Below, piece by piece: positions 26,947-36,423 of a stretch of DNA of 64,000 nt; within the stretch, counting starts at the first letter, position 1; every line of letters begins with the position of its first letter. The notes under the pieces are model-generated. The model did not search any database, was not told where the DNA came from, and saw only the letters and a list, made by a program, of their open reading frames with translations. Position numbers and translations under genes: made by a program. Origin of the DNA: a virus (lineage: Duplodnaviria; Caudoviricetes); the IMG/VR virus record IMGVR_UViG_3300026274_000001; one strand, written 5' to 3'.

Positions 26947-27164
26947 GCGCGCCCGACGACTTCAAGAAGAACTGCGATGATTTGCTTGATCGTCTGAAGT
27001 CGGGCAAACCACTTGAGATGAGTGAAGAAACTCGAGCATTGGCTAAAGAGGTAGTGGCATATCAAGCCACTCAGCAGAACCTGTCGCTTGACGAGATCAA
27101 GGCCTGGGCTACGGGGTTGATTGATAGTATGTATGGTAAAGACGTTGACTCTAACGGTGAATGA
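26943..27164 (+). CDS. hypothetical protein
   Basis: GTGA overlap. Confidence 0.6.
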   Translation: MSAPDDFKKNCDDLLDRLKSGKPLEMSEETRALAKEVVAYQATQQNLSLDEIKAWATGLIDSMYGKDVDSNGE

Positions 27165-27484
27165 ACTTACATTTGCACATTCTATCCGGAGACTGTATGA
27201 ATAAGCATCATGACTTGTTGATTGCCTTTTCTCAAGCACCAGAAGACCAGATTGATTCTAGAATTACCGAAATGCTGGCTGATATGGCAAAGCAGGATGT
27301 GGTGACTTCTGATGAAATGTTATCGATATTGGATCAATGTGCATTTGCTTCATTAGCCAGTGCATTTGCTATGGTGGCCATGAATCGTTTCTTCATGATG
27401 TTATGTGAGGACGAAGGTATCACTACTGAGCAAGCTTACCTTGCAGCTGAACCACGCCGTACTTCTTGGGATGCGGTAAAGTAA
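27161..27484 (+). CDS. hypothetical protein
   Basis: ATGA overlap; alternative start at 27197 with GGAG. Confidence 0.65.
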   Translation: MNLHLHILSGDCMNKHHDLLIAFSQAPEDQIDSRITEMLADMAKQDVVTSDEMLSILDQCAFASLASAFAMVAMNRFFMMLCEDEGITTEQAYLAAEPRRTSWDAVK

Positions 27485-27520
27485 GACTTAGACTAAACGT
27501 TTTAAACTGGCAAAAAATGC

Positions 27521-27549
27521 TTGTGTGATAAAATGGCAACACGTAGAAT
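27521..27549 (+). promoter_or_regulatory. sigma70-type promoter heading the paralogue array
   Basis: TTGTGT-N17-TAGAAT with TGGCAA at 27508-27513 and 27534-27539. Confidence 0.6.
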
Positions 27550-27560
27550 AGGCAGAAACG

Positions 27561-27845
27561 ATGTTTCTGCCTTTTTACCATAAGAACAAAATGAACGGTG
27601 TAAAAATAGAATGGTATCGCTTTGTCGATACTTACGATATGTTTCATAAGAACGGATTTCGATCGGGTCACAATTTTATTATTTCGGTGGAAAAGGAAAT
27701 AACAAAAGATTTGATTGTTCGTATGACCGACATTGCTCCAGACTTAAAGATTGTTGCCAAGCAGCCAGATTTCGATAACAACCGACTATTCGTTTCTGTG
27801 GAAAGTGATGCTGAAGCGGTGGCATTGAAGATAGGGCTCGTATGA
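27561..27845 (+). CDS. array member 1 (divergent)
   Basis: VSVESDAEAVALKIGLV. Confidence 0.6.
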   Translation: MFLPFYHKNKMNGVKIEWYRFVDTYDMFHKNGFRSGHNFIISVEKEITKDLIVRMTDIAPDLKIVAKQPDFDNNRLFVSVESDAEAVALKIGLV

Positions 27846-27862
27846 GTTACATCATACCCAGT

Positions 27863-27906
27863 TGGAGTAAAATGATCTCAGGTGGAGTAAAATGATCTCA
27901 GGTGGA
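27863..27906 (+). repeat. 20-bp perfect tandem duplication containing SD and ATG
   Basis: TGGAGTAAAATGATCTCAGG x2 plus TGGA. Confidence 0.95.
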
Positions 27907-28248
27907 TTTCCTATTGGCATGATACCTATGCTTACCGCTGTTCAGGGTCGTCAGACGGGTAAAACATCAATGATGCGTGACTTCTGGGCTTACACTTTGA
28001 AAGAAAAATGGAATACTTTACGAAGGCAGAAAAACGGCACCTGGAAGATCACCATTTCTAATGACATCGAAGAAAAGATCGAATGGTGTCGTAATGCTTT
28101 GGGTGATGGTGGTAACGGTAAGAAAAGCCTATGGCGTATCAACTGGATTGAATATAGGGCTCTCCAAGGCTATGAGGGAGAGTCGATTACACTTTGGCTT
28201 AAAGATGACGCGGCGGTGCTCTTTAAGCTTCGTTGGTGTGTAGGATGA
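27892..28248 (+). CDS. array member 2
   Basis: LWLKDDAAVLFKLRW. Confidence 0.75.
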   Translation: MISGGFPIGMIPMLTAVQGRQTGKTSMMRDFWAYTLKEKWNTLRRQKNGTWKITISNDIEEKIEWCRNALGDGGNGKKSLWRINWIEYRALQGYEGESITLWLKDDAAVLFKLRWCVG

Positions 28249-28508
28249 GGTTGTATCAATACAAAGCAGCAGGTAGTAACTGGTATGTCATAGCAACGTT
28301 CAATGTTATTAAACACGGTGACTATAGCGTTCAGGATATGATCGAGGCTTGGTGCACTGACACGTACGACGCAACCACAAAAACCAAATGCTATGTTGGG
28401 ATGGATGCTCCAGTTGAGAGCACTTGGGGTTTTGGTAGTGGTGACTATTATTTCAAAAACGAATCTGATGCATTTATGTTCGTACTTAGGTGGTCTGGTG
28501 AAAAGTAG
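28245..28508 (+). CDS. array member 3
   Basis: YFKNESDAFMFVLRW. Confidence 0.75.
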   Translation: MRLYQYKAAGSNWYVIATFNVIKHGDYSVQDMIEAWCTDTYDATTKTKCYVGMDAPVESTWGFGSGDYYFKNESDAFMFVLRWSGEK

Positions 28509-28806
28509 CTATAAAGTTGATGTGACCAACTATTTTTCTGTTGGGTGTAAGAACAAGAGTAATCGTATGGTTATTCGTCAAACGATAGTAGACTGGTTGG
28601 AAGCCCACGTTGGTTCAGTGGTTAAACGATTTGCAGACGGTACGCCCAACGCAGGTGATGGTTGGCAGTTTATCAGTAAGACTGAAATAGCTTCAATTGA
28701 ATATGCAGATAACATTGGTCAAACCTACAAGGAAAAGCTCTATCTTGTATTTGATGATGACACCCAAGCAATGCATTTTAAACTGTCATGGAGTGAACGA
28801 TTATGA
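28498..28806 (+). CDS. array member 4
   Basis: LVFDDDTQAMHFKLSW; GTG start inferred. Confidence 0.75.
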   Translation: MKSSYKVDVTNYFSVGCKNKSNRMVIRQTIVDWLEAHVGSVVKRFADGTPNAGDGWQFISKTEIASIEYADNIGQTYKEKLYLVFDDDTQAMHFKLSWSERL

Positions 28807-29120
28807 ATGAAGAACAGGTGAAGTATAAATTTTGGGTCCCTATTTTCGCTGAAGATTCTACGCGTCTTGCCCTGCAACGATGGTTGACTACTCATGTGGG
28901 TCCACTAGTCAGCAGCAACATGAAAACCCAGACCTATGAAGGTAATGGTTGGAGTATGACCGCAGTTGATGGTGATCAACAATACGTAACTATGGATTGG
29001 ATGTTTGAACATGACGAACCAGATCCTAGAGTGTTCGTTTCCGCATATGACGTCACTATCACACACTCTTCACACGCACTACAGTTCAAACTAACGTGGG
29101 CGGATGCACGCGAAAGCTGA
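28803..29120 (+). CDS. array member 5
   Basis: ITHSSHALQFKLTW. Confidence 0.8.
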   Translation: MNEEQVKYKFWVPIFAEDSTRLALQRWLTTHVGPLVSSNMKTQTYEGNGWSMTAVDGDQQYVTMDWMFEHDEPDPRVFVSAYDVTITHSSHALQFKLTWADARES

Positions 29121-29167
29121 TAAACAAAGGCGAGGCGTAGAATTGCGGTGTTATCATATAGTATCAA

Positions 29168-29470
29168 ATGAAGAGGCCTATGATGATAGACATCACTGAA
29201 AATATTCTAGAAGCCCCCGCCCCCAATCAGGATCGACTGCAAGAGATACTTGATTGGTTAGAACAGTGCATTGGGCCGAAGTTATCAGATTCGATCGTAG
29301 TAGAGACGGGTACACAGCAACACAAGGGGATAGGATGGGAGTTGGGGTGTATGCGACCTCCCGGGAAATCCAAGCGGAATACGCTGACGTTCTATGTCAA
29401 ATTTGACGACGAACGAGATGAATTAATGTTCAAATTGATATGGTCGAACTCGACATCACAGATTACCTAG
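29168..29470 (+). CDS. array member 6
   Basis: VKFDDERDELMFKLIW. Confidence 0.8.
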   Translation: MKRPMMIDITENILEAPAPNQDRLQEILDWLEQCIGPKLSDSIVVETGTQQHKGIGWELGCMRPPGKSKRNTLTFYVKFDDERDELMFKLIWSNSTSQIT

Positions 29471-29754
29471 ATGAAAATGAAGGTAATATTAAAATAATAA
29501 AAGAGTGGTTGCAGGTAAATGTGGGTGGATTGGACTTAGATTGGTATCTCAAATTCGGCCAATCAGCACATGAGTCAGAAGGACGAGGTAAGGGTTGGCA
29601 AATATCATTTGCGATTGGTAAAACTTTTCGTGCTCATCGATATCCCCTTACATTACTCAGCTGGATATTAAAAATAGAAGATGATCTGGTTGCGGTACAA
29701 TTCAAAATGATCTGGCCTGAATCACCAGTAATCACATCAACCGTCTCATCATAA
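29440..29754 (+). CDS. array member 7
   Basis: KIEDDLVAVQFKMIW; ATG lies within the upstream A|TGG. Confidence 0.8.
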   Translation: MVELDITDYLDENEGNIKIIKEWLQVNVGGLDLDWYLKFGQSAHESEGRGKGWQISFAIGKTFRAHRYPLTLLSWILKIEDDLVAVQFKMIWPESPVITSTVSS

Positions 29755-29756
29755 TC

Positions 29757-30023
29757 ATGAAGTTTGATATTAAAGAAACATGGAACACTTTCTTTTCTGG
29801 TAGGGCCGGAAAAGAAAAATGTCTAGACCTATTGGAATGGTTAGATGAATATGTTGGTTGGAGGATGTCAGATTCTATTCACGTTTTGCCAATTATGGGT
29901 AGAGGATGGAGGATTGAATCTGGTATTGTTCAAAACCCAGATTCACAATATCCGTCATTCGGTGTATGGCTGGAGATCGACGATGATACTTGTGCTGTAC
30001 AATACAAATTGGCATTTGAATAA
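29757..30023 (+). CDS. array member 8
   Basis: EIDDDTCAVQYKLAF. Confidence 0.8.
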   Translation: MKFDIKETWNTFFSGRAGKEKCLDLLEWLDEYVGWRMSDSIHVLPIMGRGWRIESGIVQNPDSQYPSFGVWLEIDDDTCAVQYKLAFE

Positions 30024-30337
30024 TGCAACGAATTAGAATTAATAATTTCCAGATGTTGCCAGAAATTATAGAATGGCTTGACGAGCATGTTGGTGACACT
30101 GTAGATATCACAAAGCGTTACGATGTGATACATGAAGCTATTGGTGAAGGTTGGTCGATAGTTAGAACGTTGATTAGTTATCCGGCATCAGACGCGGTAT
30201 TGCGTGAAATTGGATTCAAAAATGTCAATGAAGTTAGCTCTGAATATCGTAATAATTTGTATCCAAAGGCTATTCATTATTATATCAATTTCGATGACGA
30301 TACACAAGCAGTTCAATTTAAACTAAGCTATGATTAA
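30023..30337 (+). CDS. array member 9
   Basis: INFDDDTQAVQFKLSY. Confidence 0.8.
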   Translation: MQRIRINNFQMLPEIIEWLDEHVGDTVDITKRYDVIHEAIGEGWSIVRTLISYPASDAVLREIGFKNVNEVSSEYRNNLYPKAIHYYINFDDDTQAVQFKLSYD

Positions 30338-30632
30338 CGTTGATAAGTACCTTTTTACCGGCAAGTACAAGGATTTGGTGCTGGAAGAATATTATCGTAT
30401 GATCGATTGGTTGGCTGAAAATATTTCTGAGCCTGCACAGGGTTACGAATACGCTTACAACAAAACTGCTCTTGGTCGTCATGGTCCTGGTTGGGAATTG
30501 AGATTGCATTGGATCGGTGAAAAAAGCCCAAAACCCACCGACGGCTTTGGAGTGTCGCGTCGTTCTGTTGAATGGTGTATATTTATTGACGATGACCAAT
30601 ATGCGGTAATGTTCAAATTGATGTGGCCATGA
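30330..30632 (+). CDS. array member 10
   Basis: FIDDDQYAVMFKLMW. Confidence 0.8.
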   Translation: MINVDKYLFTGKYKDLVLEEYYRMIDWLAENISEPAQGYEYAYNKTALGRHGPGWELRLHWIGEKSPKPTDGFGVSRRSVEWCIFIDDDQYAVMFKLMWP

Positions 30633-30874
30633 CGTTTGACATATCTGAATATATAGATAATCAGTATACCATGGAGTCGTTGTTTAAGCTCCGTGATATT
30701 TTGATCAATGAAGTTGGAATACAACATGAATATAAATCCCAGTATCAGTTATCTGGTGATGGCTGGTGGATTAGTGCTCAGAGCCGTAATCGGTTGGTTA
30801 CTGACCCAATTAAATGGGAACTATATATACAGGATGATAACCTTGCATTGATGTTCAAATTAAAATGGCTATAG
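30629..30874 (+). CDS. array member 11
   Basis: YIQDDNLALMFKLKW. Confidence 0.8.
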   Translation: MTFDISEYIDNQYTMESLFKLRDILINEVGIQHEYKSQYQLSGDGWWISAQSRNRLVTDPIKWELYIQDDNLALMFKLKWL

Positions 30875-31101
30875 AAATAACAAAAATTATAAACAAGCAT
30901 ATGGTGGGTCGTCCAGTCGATTCCATGCCATTGTGCATTAGTTGGCTTTACGACGTAATCGGTAAGCAACGAAAACCAGAAGCCAAACTCGAGGGAGTTT
31001 GGTGTGGCCGCGGTTGGGTTGTATACGAGCGTGATACTCGATACATTCTAGAATGTATCGAACCACACAGTGAACAGCGATTTTCTCTTATTTGGTTATG
31101 A
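30865..31101 (+). CDS. array member 12
   Basis: CIEPHSEQRFSLIW. Confidence 0.75.
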   Translation: MAIEITKIINKHMVGRPVDSMPLCISWLYDVIGKQRKPEAKLEGVWCGRGWVVYERDTRYILECIEPHSEQRFSLIWL

Positions 31102-31406
31102 CTCCCGTCGATGTAAAACGATGGACGCTGCGCGATTTTCCGATGATGCACAAGTATACGGAAGCAGTCATACTACAAGAAATAATAGACTGGCTATATG
31201 AATATATGGGTCCCGGCAAAAAGGGTCCATATCCTACCGACAACGGTCCTGACTATACAGTTGCTCACTATGGACCAGGCTGGTTCATGGAAGTTCGAGC
31301 ATATCAGGGATATTGGTCGGATGGTACGTATCACCCTTGCTGTGCTCATTTTATACACTTCGACAGTGACGCACATGAAGTTATGTTCAGGTTGATATGG
31401 CGCTAG
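31098..31406 (+). CDS. array member 13
   Basis: HFDSDAHEVMFRLIW. Confidence 0.8.
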   Translation: MTPVDVKRWTLRDFPMMHKYTEAVILQEIIDWLYEYMGPGKKGPYPTDNGPDYTVAHYGPGWFMEVRAYQGYWSDGTYHPCCAHFIHFDSDAHEVMFRLIWR

Positions 31407-31621
31407 ATATAACAAAGATGGGATTAGCTGGTATAGGTCTTGATGTAATAAAATGGCTATGCCAGAATGTAGGTGGCTTCCATAATCTCAAAAACACTTG
31501 GTTGTATGATCATGAAATGATGAAAGGCGATGGATGGAAAATTTACACCTATCACAAAACCACGTTCATCTCAATTGATGATCCGCTACTTGAAATGCAA
31601 TTTAAACTCGTATGGCTTTAG
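31397..31621 (+). CDS. array member 14
   Basis: SIDDPLLEMQFKLVW. Confidence 0.8.
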   Translation: MALDITKMGLAGIGLDVIKWLCQNVGGFHNLKNTWLYDHEMMKGDGWKIYTYHKTTFISIDDPLLEMQFKLVWL

Positions 31622-31905
31622 AAATAGAAAAACTAACAAAGTGTGTTAGATCTCAAATGGGTGTCCCAACCGTAACTGGGATAATCATGAAGTTGCCAGA
31701 CGATATACTATCTTGGTTAACGGGTCATATTGGACCAATTGAACGTGAACGTTCTGAACCATACAATAACGTGTGGAAGAATGTCGTTTATAAAGGTAAT
31801 GGCTGGCGTACCTCAGCTCACGCCGAATTGTATTCAAGGTGCGGTTATTGGCTTTATATAGATGACGATGCATTGGCACTACAGTTCAAATTAACATGGC
31901 TTTAG
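31612..31905 (+). CDS. array member 15
   Basis: YIDDDALALQFKLTW. Confidence 0.8.
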   Translation: MALEIEKLTKCVRSQMGVPTVTGIIMKLPDDILSWLTGHIGPIERERSEPYNNVWKNVVYKGNGWRTSAHAELYSRCGYWLYIDDDALALQFKLTWL

Positions 31906-32180
31906 ACATCAGTACCCTTTCAGAAGTTCGAGTCATTGACAAAGCGCGAGGTTTGCATGTACTCGAAATCAATAATAGGGTCATCAAATGGTTACATGAT
32001 AATGTTGGTGATATGACTAGTGTAAAGGAAACTTACTATCTGACCCTTTGCCATACTATTCACTATCGTGGTGATGGTTGGCAAATTGAACCACCTGACA
32101 GCACACGATTGGAGAAAGGCTATCGAGTTACCATAATCAATGATACGCTTGCTCTACAATTTAAATTAACATGGCTATAG
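31896..32180 (+). CDS. array member 16
   Basis: TIINDTLALQFKLTW. Confidence 0.8.
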   Translation: MALDISTLSEVRVIDKARGLHVLEINNRVIKWLHDNVGDMTSVKETYYLTLCHTIHYRGDGWQIEPPDSTRLEKGYRVTIINDTLALQFKLTWL

Positions 32181-32524
32181 ACATAACGTACAAAATCCTT
32201 GGTGAAGTGTTTCGAGGATCGAAATTGAGTGATGACGACACTAGCATAATTAAATGGCTAGTCAAGAACGTTGGACCTACTACAGAGCAGCCAGATATGG
32301 AAGTAGTTCCTACTGGTACTGAACATCGTATCTATAATTGTGGCGTGGGTTGGGTGATTGACTATCAGAATATTAGGATTGATAATCCTTCCAAACGAGA
32401 AGAACATAATGTTGGACTATGTGCACCCTTGGGGCCGTGGCAACCAACTATTACTATTTCACAATACCGCTTGCATATAGCGGATGAAACATTAGCAGTA
32501 CAATTTAAACTTCGGTGGATGTAA
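32171..32524 (+). CDS. array member 17
   Basis: HIADETLAVQFKLRW. Confidence 0.8.
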   Translation: MAIDITYKILGEVFRGSKLSDDDTSIIKWLVKNVGPTTEQPDMEVVPTGTEHRIYNCGVGWVIDYQNIRIDNPSKREEHNVGLCAPLGPWQPTITISQYRLHIADETLAVQFKLRWM

Positions 32525-32778
32525 TGAGTGACACAAAGACGGTAGTTGAGATCACGAAATATATTGTTCAAACTGATAATCAACTAAGTGCAATTCGAGA
32601 TTGGCTATTAGAAAACGTTGGGCCTTCTGAGACGGCAGGTTCGCCAGTATGTCGTGAGGGTGAAGGATGGCGTATTGAATACAAGAGTGAGATGGTTGGG
32701 GTCGCCTATACCTATCACATCTTGGTTGAATTTGCAAGAGCAGACGAAGCGGTGATGTTCAAGTTAATGTGGCCATGA
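32524..32778 (+). CDS. array member 18
   Basis: EFARADEAVMFKLMW. Confidence 0.8.
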   Translation: MSDTKTVVEITKYIVQTDNQLSAIRDWLLENVGPSETAGSPVCREGEGWRIEYKSEMVGVAYTYHILVEFARADEAVMFKLMWP

Positions 32779-33041
32779 AAAAACAAACGCGATTCAACCT
32801 TACCAAAAAGATTGCAATACACGATCCGATAGTAGAAGAAATTTATCAATGGTTGAATCAGCAAGTTGGCTTAGAAACAGCGAAACCCAGATTGTCAAGT
32901 GGTTATGACTATGTGGGTTTAGGATGGAAGATATACATATCTCCACTAGCTCACGGTAGCTTTAAACCCCAATACTACCTAGTGTTTGATGATTCCAATC
33001 AAGCGCTAATGTTCAAATTACGATGGTCAGCGTTAATCTAA
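32775..33041 (+). CDS. array member 19
   Basis: VFDDSNQALMFKLRW. Confidence 0.8.
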   Translation: MKKQTRFNLTKKIAIHDPIVEEIYQWLNQQVGLETAKPRLSSGYDYVGLGWKIYISPLAHGSFKPQYYLVFDDSNQALMFKLRWSALI

Positions 33042-33274
33042 ATATTCTCTCGCGAGATGTCCCCCTACATAAACGAATAGAACATCGAAACGAGATGCGT
33101 GCTTGGCTGGCCATGAATGTGGGGCCGCGCGGGGTTACACCTTATGGACAGGATCTACACAATTCTGGTGCCGGTTGGCATATACGATGCGATCATGAAG
33201 TAACACCAATCACTTGGTATGCTGATATTGACGACGAGCAATTGGCATTAATGTTCAAACTATGTTTTTCTTGA
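33023..33274 (+). CDS. array member 20
   Basis: DIDDEQLALMFKLCF. Confidence 0.8.
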   Translation: MVSVNLNILSRDVPLHKRIEHRNEMRAWLAMNVGPRGVTPYGQDLHNSGAGWHIRCDHEVTPITWYADIDDEQLALMFKLCFS

Positions 33275-33276
33275 TT

Positions 33277-33510
33277 ATGATAGATCTCACACGTCACCTT
33301 AGCTGTGTCAACTTTTCCGAACGATTGTACAACGTCGTGAGCTGGCTCATTACCAATATTGGACCTATGAAGTTTGATAAGCTTGGGCACACGCAAGGTC
33401 ACGGATGGCTACTAATTAGTAAGACTGACACCGAGTATTCATATTACGAGTACAAGTTATATTTTGATGAACCAAATGATGAACTTATGTTTAAGCTAGC
33501 CTGCTTATGA
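33277..33510 (+). CDS. array member 21
   Basis: YFDEPNDELMFKLAC; start 33262 or 33277. Confidence 0.75.
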   Translation: MIDLTRHLSCVNFSERLYNVVSWLITNIGPMKFDKLGHTQGHGWLLISKTDTEYSYYEYKLYFDEPNDELMFKLACL

Positions 33511-33767
33511 CATCATCCGTTTATCGACTTACTGATATCAATCAAATTATCAACCCTAGTCCAATGCTTTCATGGCTTGATGCCAATGTTGGCCCCCTTA
33601 CCTTCCAATACAAAACACTGCTGGATAACGATATTGCGGCTGAGGGTATCAATTGGCGCGTAGTGAAATTGTATCAACGTATTGGCGATGGTTCATATCA
33701 ATATTCAATATTCATTGAATTTCAAAACTCCACCGATCTTATTCACTTCAAACTTGTATGGGGATAA
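33507..33767 (+). CDS. array member 22
   Basis: EFQNSTDLIHFKLVW. Confidence 0.8.
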   Translation: MTSSVYRLTDINQIINPSPMLSWLDANVGPLTFQYKTLLDNDIAAEGINWRVVKLYQRIGDGSYQYSIFIEFQNSTDLIHFKLVWG

Positions 33768-34045
33768 TCGATGTCACCAATATGTTTTATGATGGACTGT
33801 ACAGCCCCAAATACGATACGATGCTTGCATGGTTGGAAGAGTGTTGTGGTCCTAGAATATTCGGAAAACGAGAGCCAAATGCAAGTGGCATAATTCCAGT
33901 GTGCCAAAGTAGCAATTGGCGGCTATTTGCTATATCATACCCCTTACGTAGAGCATACCCCGATATACAATTTCGATCATCTGGATGGGTCATTGAGTTT
34001 GATAACGATAGTGACCTTCTGATGTTTACGCTTAGATGGAAATGA
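33758..34045 (+). CDS. array member 23
   Basis: EFDNDSDLLMFTLRW. Confidence 0.8.
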   Translation: MGIIDVTNMFYDGLYSPKYDTMLAWLEECCGPRIFGKREPNASGIIPVCQSSNWRLFAISYPLRRAYPDIQFRSSGWVIEFDNDSDLLMFTLRWK

Positions 34046-34052
34046 TAGACGC

Positions 34053-34394
34053 ATGTACGCAATTGATGTTAGTGATAGGACTGATGGGCGAGCCGATGCA
34101 TTTATTAAAATGCTTGATTGGTTGAACGAGGTAGTCGGCCCTCTTATATCGGAAGATCAGAGAACGGCAGAAATTAACGACAATGGTTCAAAACGTTTTT
34201 TCAAAATTGAAGGTACCGGTTGGTATTATGAGTACTGTTCAATACGTATTGGCGCCAATGATACTCGTGAATTTAAACTTCCAAAATTCTTCCATGACGC
34301 TGGTCAACGTGCAGGTGGTAGCACCCTATATACATCTAAAGTCATGTACATAGAAGACCCTATTCATGCTGTGGCATTCAAATTGACATGGTAA
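34053..34394 (+). CDS. array member 24
   Basis: YIEDPIHAVAFKLTW. Confidence 0.8.
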   Translation: MYAIDVSDRTDGRADAFIKMLDWLNEVVGPLISEDQRTAEINDNGSKRFFKIEGTGWYYEYCSIRIGANDTREFKLPKFFHDAGQRAGGSTLYTSKVMYIEDPIHAVAFKLTW

Positions 34395-34732
34395 GAATAG
34401 ATCTACATGGCATACGCACCCAGACTAGTCTTGAATGCTGGTTCGAGTGGCTAGATCATAATATTGCGCCGCGAACGGTCACCAATCATGATCCTAACGA
34501 GTCATTACCTAGCGATGTTGTCGATCATCATTTTTACACCGGTGGTCCTGGGTGGCAATTTCATTATGTAATGACGACATTGGCACCAGCAGATTGTGAT
34601 AGAAATCTTTATGAATGTGTTTTTGCTGCAGAGGAACGCGGACCAGCAGAATTACATTATGTTGCCATGTATTTTGAATTCGAAAATGATGCAGAAGCCG
34701 TTATGTTTAAACTAATAATGAACGAGATCTGA
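34388..34732 (+). CDS. array member 25
   Basis: EFENDAEAVMFKLIM. Confidence 0.8.
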   Translation: MVRIDLHGIRTQTSLECWFEWLDHNIAPRTVTNHDPNESLPSDVVDHHFYTGGPGWQFHYVMTTLAPADCDRNLYECVFAAEERGPAELHYVAMYFEFENDAEAVMFKLIMNEI

Positions 34733-34734
34733 CC

Positions 34735-35064
34735 ATGCATGTCTTTAATGCATTCTTGCTTGGTGACGTAACAACTTTGTTTGATTGGCTTGAAAGTAAC
34801 GTAGGTGACTTTGAATATGAAAGCCCCAAACACCCACCAGAGCCGCATTCATACTACTTTGAACGTCGTGGTGCTGGATGGCGATTTAAGTACATTACCA
34901 CCTTGAATCATATGGACATTTACCCAGACGATTTTGCACATAAGCAATGGCATGTTGTGGGTGCCGAATCGTTTGATGTTCGCCATTATGCAGTAGTAGA
35001 ACTTGATAGTGATGCCGATGCAGTTATGTTTAAACTTCGGTGGACCGGCCATGCATCTATTTAA
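34735..35064 (+). CDS. array member 26
   Basis: ELDSDADAVMFKLRW; closest to member 25. Confidence 0.8.
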   Translation: MHVFNAFLLGDVTTLFDWLESNVGDFEYESPKHPPEPHSYYFERRGAGWRFKYITTLNHMDIYPDDFAHKQWHVVGAESFDVRHYAVVELDSDADAVMFKLRWTGHASI

Positions 35065-35317
35065 TGTAACTAAATGGGCTAGAGAGTACGATTGGTTTAC
35101 GTTCGAGAATTGGCTAAACGATAATATTGGTCCTAGAACTGCTCTCACGATGCAAAGCAAGCGCCGCTTCATGACTTATATTGGCGACGGTTGGCAGATG
35201 AAAGTCGTTTATGGTACACGACCACAACGAGAACGATGGAATATAGTACAGGCTATTGTTAAAATAGGCGAAGAGTATGATGCGGCTGCTGTGATGTTTA
35301 AACTTCAATGGATGTGA
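35051..35317 (+). CDS. array member 27
   Basis: EEYDAAAVMFKLQW. Confidence 0.8.
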   Translation: MHLFNVTKWAREYDWFTFENWLNDNIGPRTALTMQSKRRFMTYIGDGWQMKVVYGTRPQRERWNIVQAIVKIGEEYDAAAVMFKLQWM

Positions 35318-35318
35318 A

Positions 35319-35576
35319 ATGGCGACGTTTGAAAACTTCATTGATGGATGGGACATTGCAAAGGCCGAGATGGTCAAGGCATGGTTGATTCAAAACATTG
35401 GTCCGCAGCTTGAAAAAGTTAAAGGATATGAATCAGTTGGTGCTGGTTGGAGTTTGACTGCATCTTCTCCTGGGTTCGTGCATAATAACCATACCCTTGA
35501 CTTCGTTGCTCCATTGTGGATACTATCTATCGAAGATGATGTATTAGCATTGCAATTCAAGCTAACCTGGCTGTAA
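35319..35576 (+). CDS. array member 28
   Basis: SIEDDVLALQFKLTW. Confidence 0.8.
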   Translation: MATFENFIDGWDIAKAEMVKAWLIQNIGPQLEKVKGYESVGAGWSLTASSPGFVHNNHTLDFVAPLWILSIEDDVLALQFKLTWL

Positions 35577-35591
35577 TTAGTTAGAAACAAG

Positions 35592-35616
35592 AAAGCCACC
35601 CGAAGGTGGCTTTTTT
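35592..35616. terminator. bidirectional intrinsic terminator
   Basis: AAAGCCACC-CGAA-GGTGGCTTTTTT between convergent genes. Confidence 0.85.
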
Positions 35617-35630
35617 ACAACTAGACGGGT

Positions 35631-35756
35631 TTATTGACCCTTGTATACAGCAGCTGGTGTGTTTGTGTCTACTGGAGTAGCTTTAACGTGCACCATTACG
35701 TATACCAGACCGACCACCAAAACAGCAGCAACGATCATAGCGATTTTCTTCATCAT
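35631..35756 (-). CDS. 41-aa signal-anchor microprotein (not in ORF track)
   Basis: MMKKIAMIVAAVLVVGLVYVMVHVKATPVDTNTPAAVYKGQ*; TAAATA upstream at 35803-35808. Confidence 0.65.
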   Translation of the reverse strand: MMKKIAMIVAAVLVVGLVYVMVHVKATPVDTNTPAAVYKGQ

Positions 35757-35854
35757 GATGAAATTCTTTTAGAAGTTTGAGGGCCAAAATTAGCTCTCCT
35801 TCTATTTAAGGTGAAAATCGAGTAGGTAAAATCATTATTTTATATTGTAACCAA

Positions 35855-36130
35855 ATGGCAACAATTGACATATCTGAGTTGGCGACATCAGATATACATA
35901 AGTACTACGATTTGCTAGATTGGCTTGAAACTGAAGTAGGTCAGCATGTAAAGAAGGGTAACAACCATGCTATTTGTATTTTTGAATCAAAAGACTATTC
36001 GATTCAAAGATCATTTGGTATTGGCTGGCATCTTGATTACATCGTTAACGAGGATATGACCCATCGTGTCCTAACGGTGTATGACGAATTGAAAGCATTG
36101 ATGGTTAAATTGATTTTTTGCGGCGCATGA
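35855..36130 (+). CDS. array member 29
   Basis: VYDELKALMVKLIF. Confidence 0.75.
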   Translation: MATIDISELATSDIHKYYDLLDWLETEVGQHVKKGNNHAICIFESKDYSIQRSFGIGWHLDYIVNEDMTHRVLTVYDELKALMVKLIFCGA

Positions 36131-36414
36131 CTACTACTTTACCTATAAAGATAACAAATTCGATAGCATTAATTCCGTTCACTATGCATTGTGATAGGAA
36201 TAATCCTAATCGAGTAAACAAGTTTGGAAGAGAATTGCTTGAGGGTGGTTGGACTATTGTGCCGGCCCTTCGACACAATTTTCTGGTGTTAACTGATTGG
36301 TGTGCCGCCAATTTTGATCATGCTGACTTTGGTTACAATCTAGTAGTGCGAGCGTTCATCTTCAAGCATATAGCCGAGGCAGTCCAGTTCAAGCTTGCTT
36401 GCTTGGGGTCTTAG
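36127..36414 (+). CDS. array member 30
   Basis: IFKHIAEAVQFKLAC. Confidence 0.75.
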   Translation: MTTTLPIKITNSIALIPFTMHCDRNNPNRVNKFGRELLEGGWTIVPALRHNFLVLTDWCAANFDHADFGYNLVVRAFIFKHIAEAVQFKLACLGS

Positions 36415-36423
36415 TGCTATCAT

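Noticed and set aside
31590-35030. TTTAAAC / TTTAAAT as -1 slippery sites fusing array members
   Set aside because: The heptamer is out of phase: the codons are TTT AAA, not T TTA AAC, and a -1 slip would put TAA in the A site. It simply encodes Phe-Lys.
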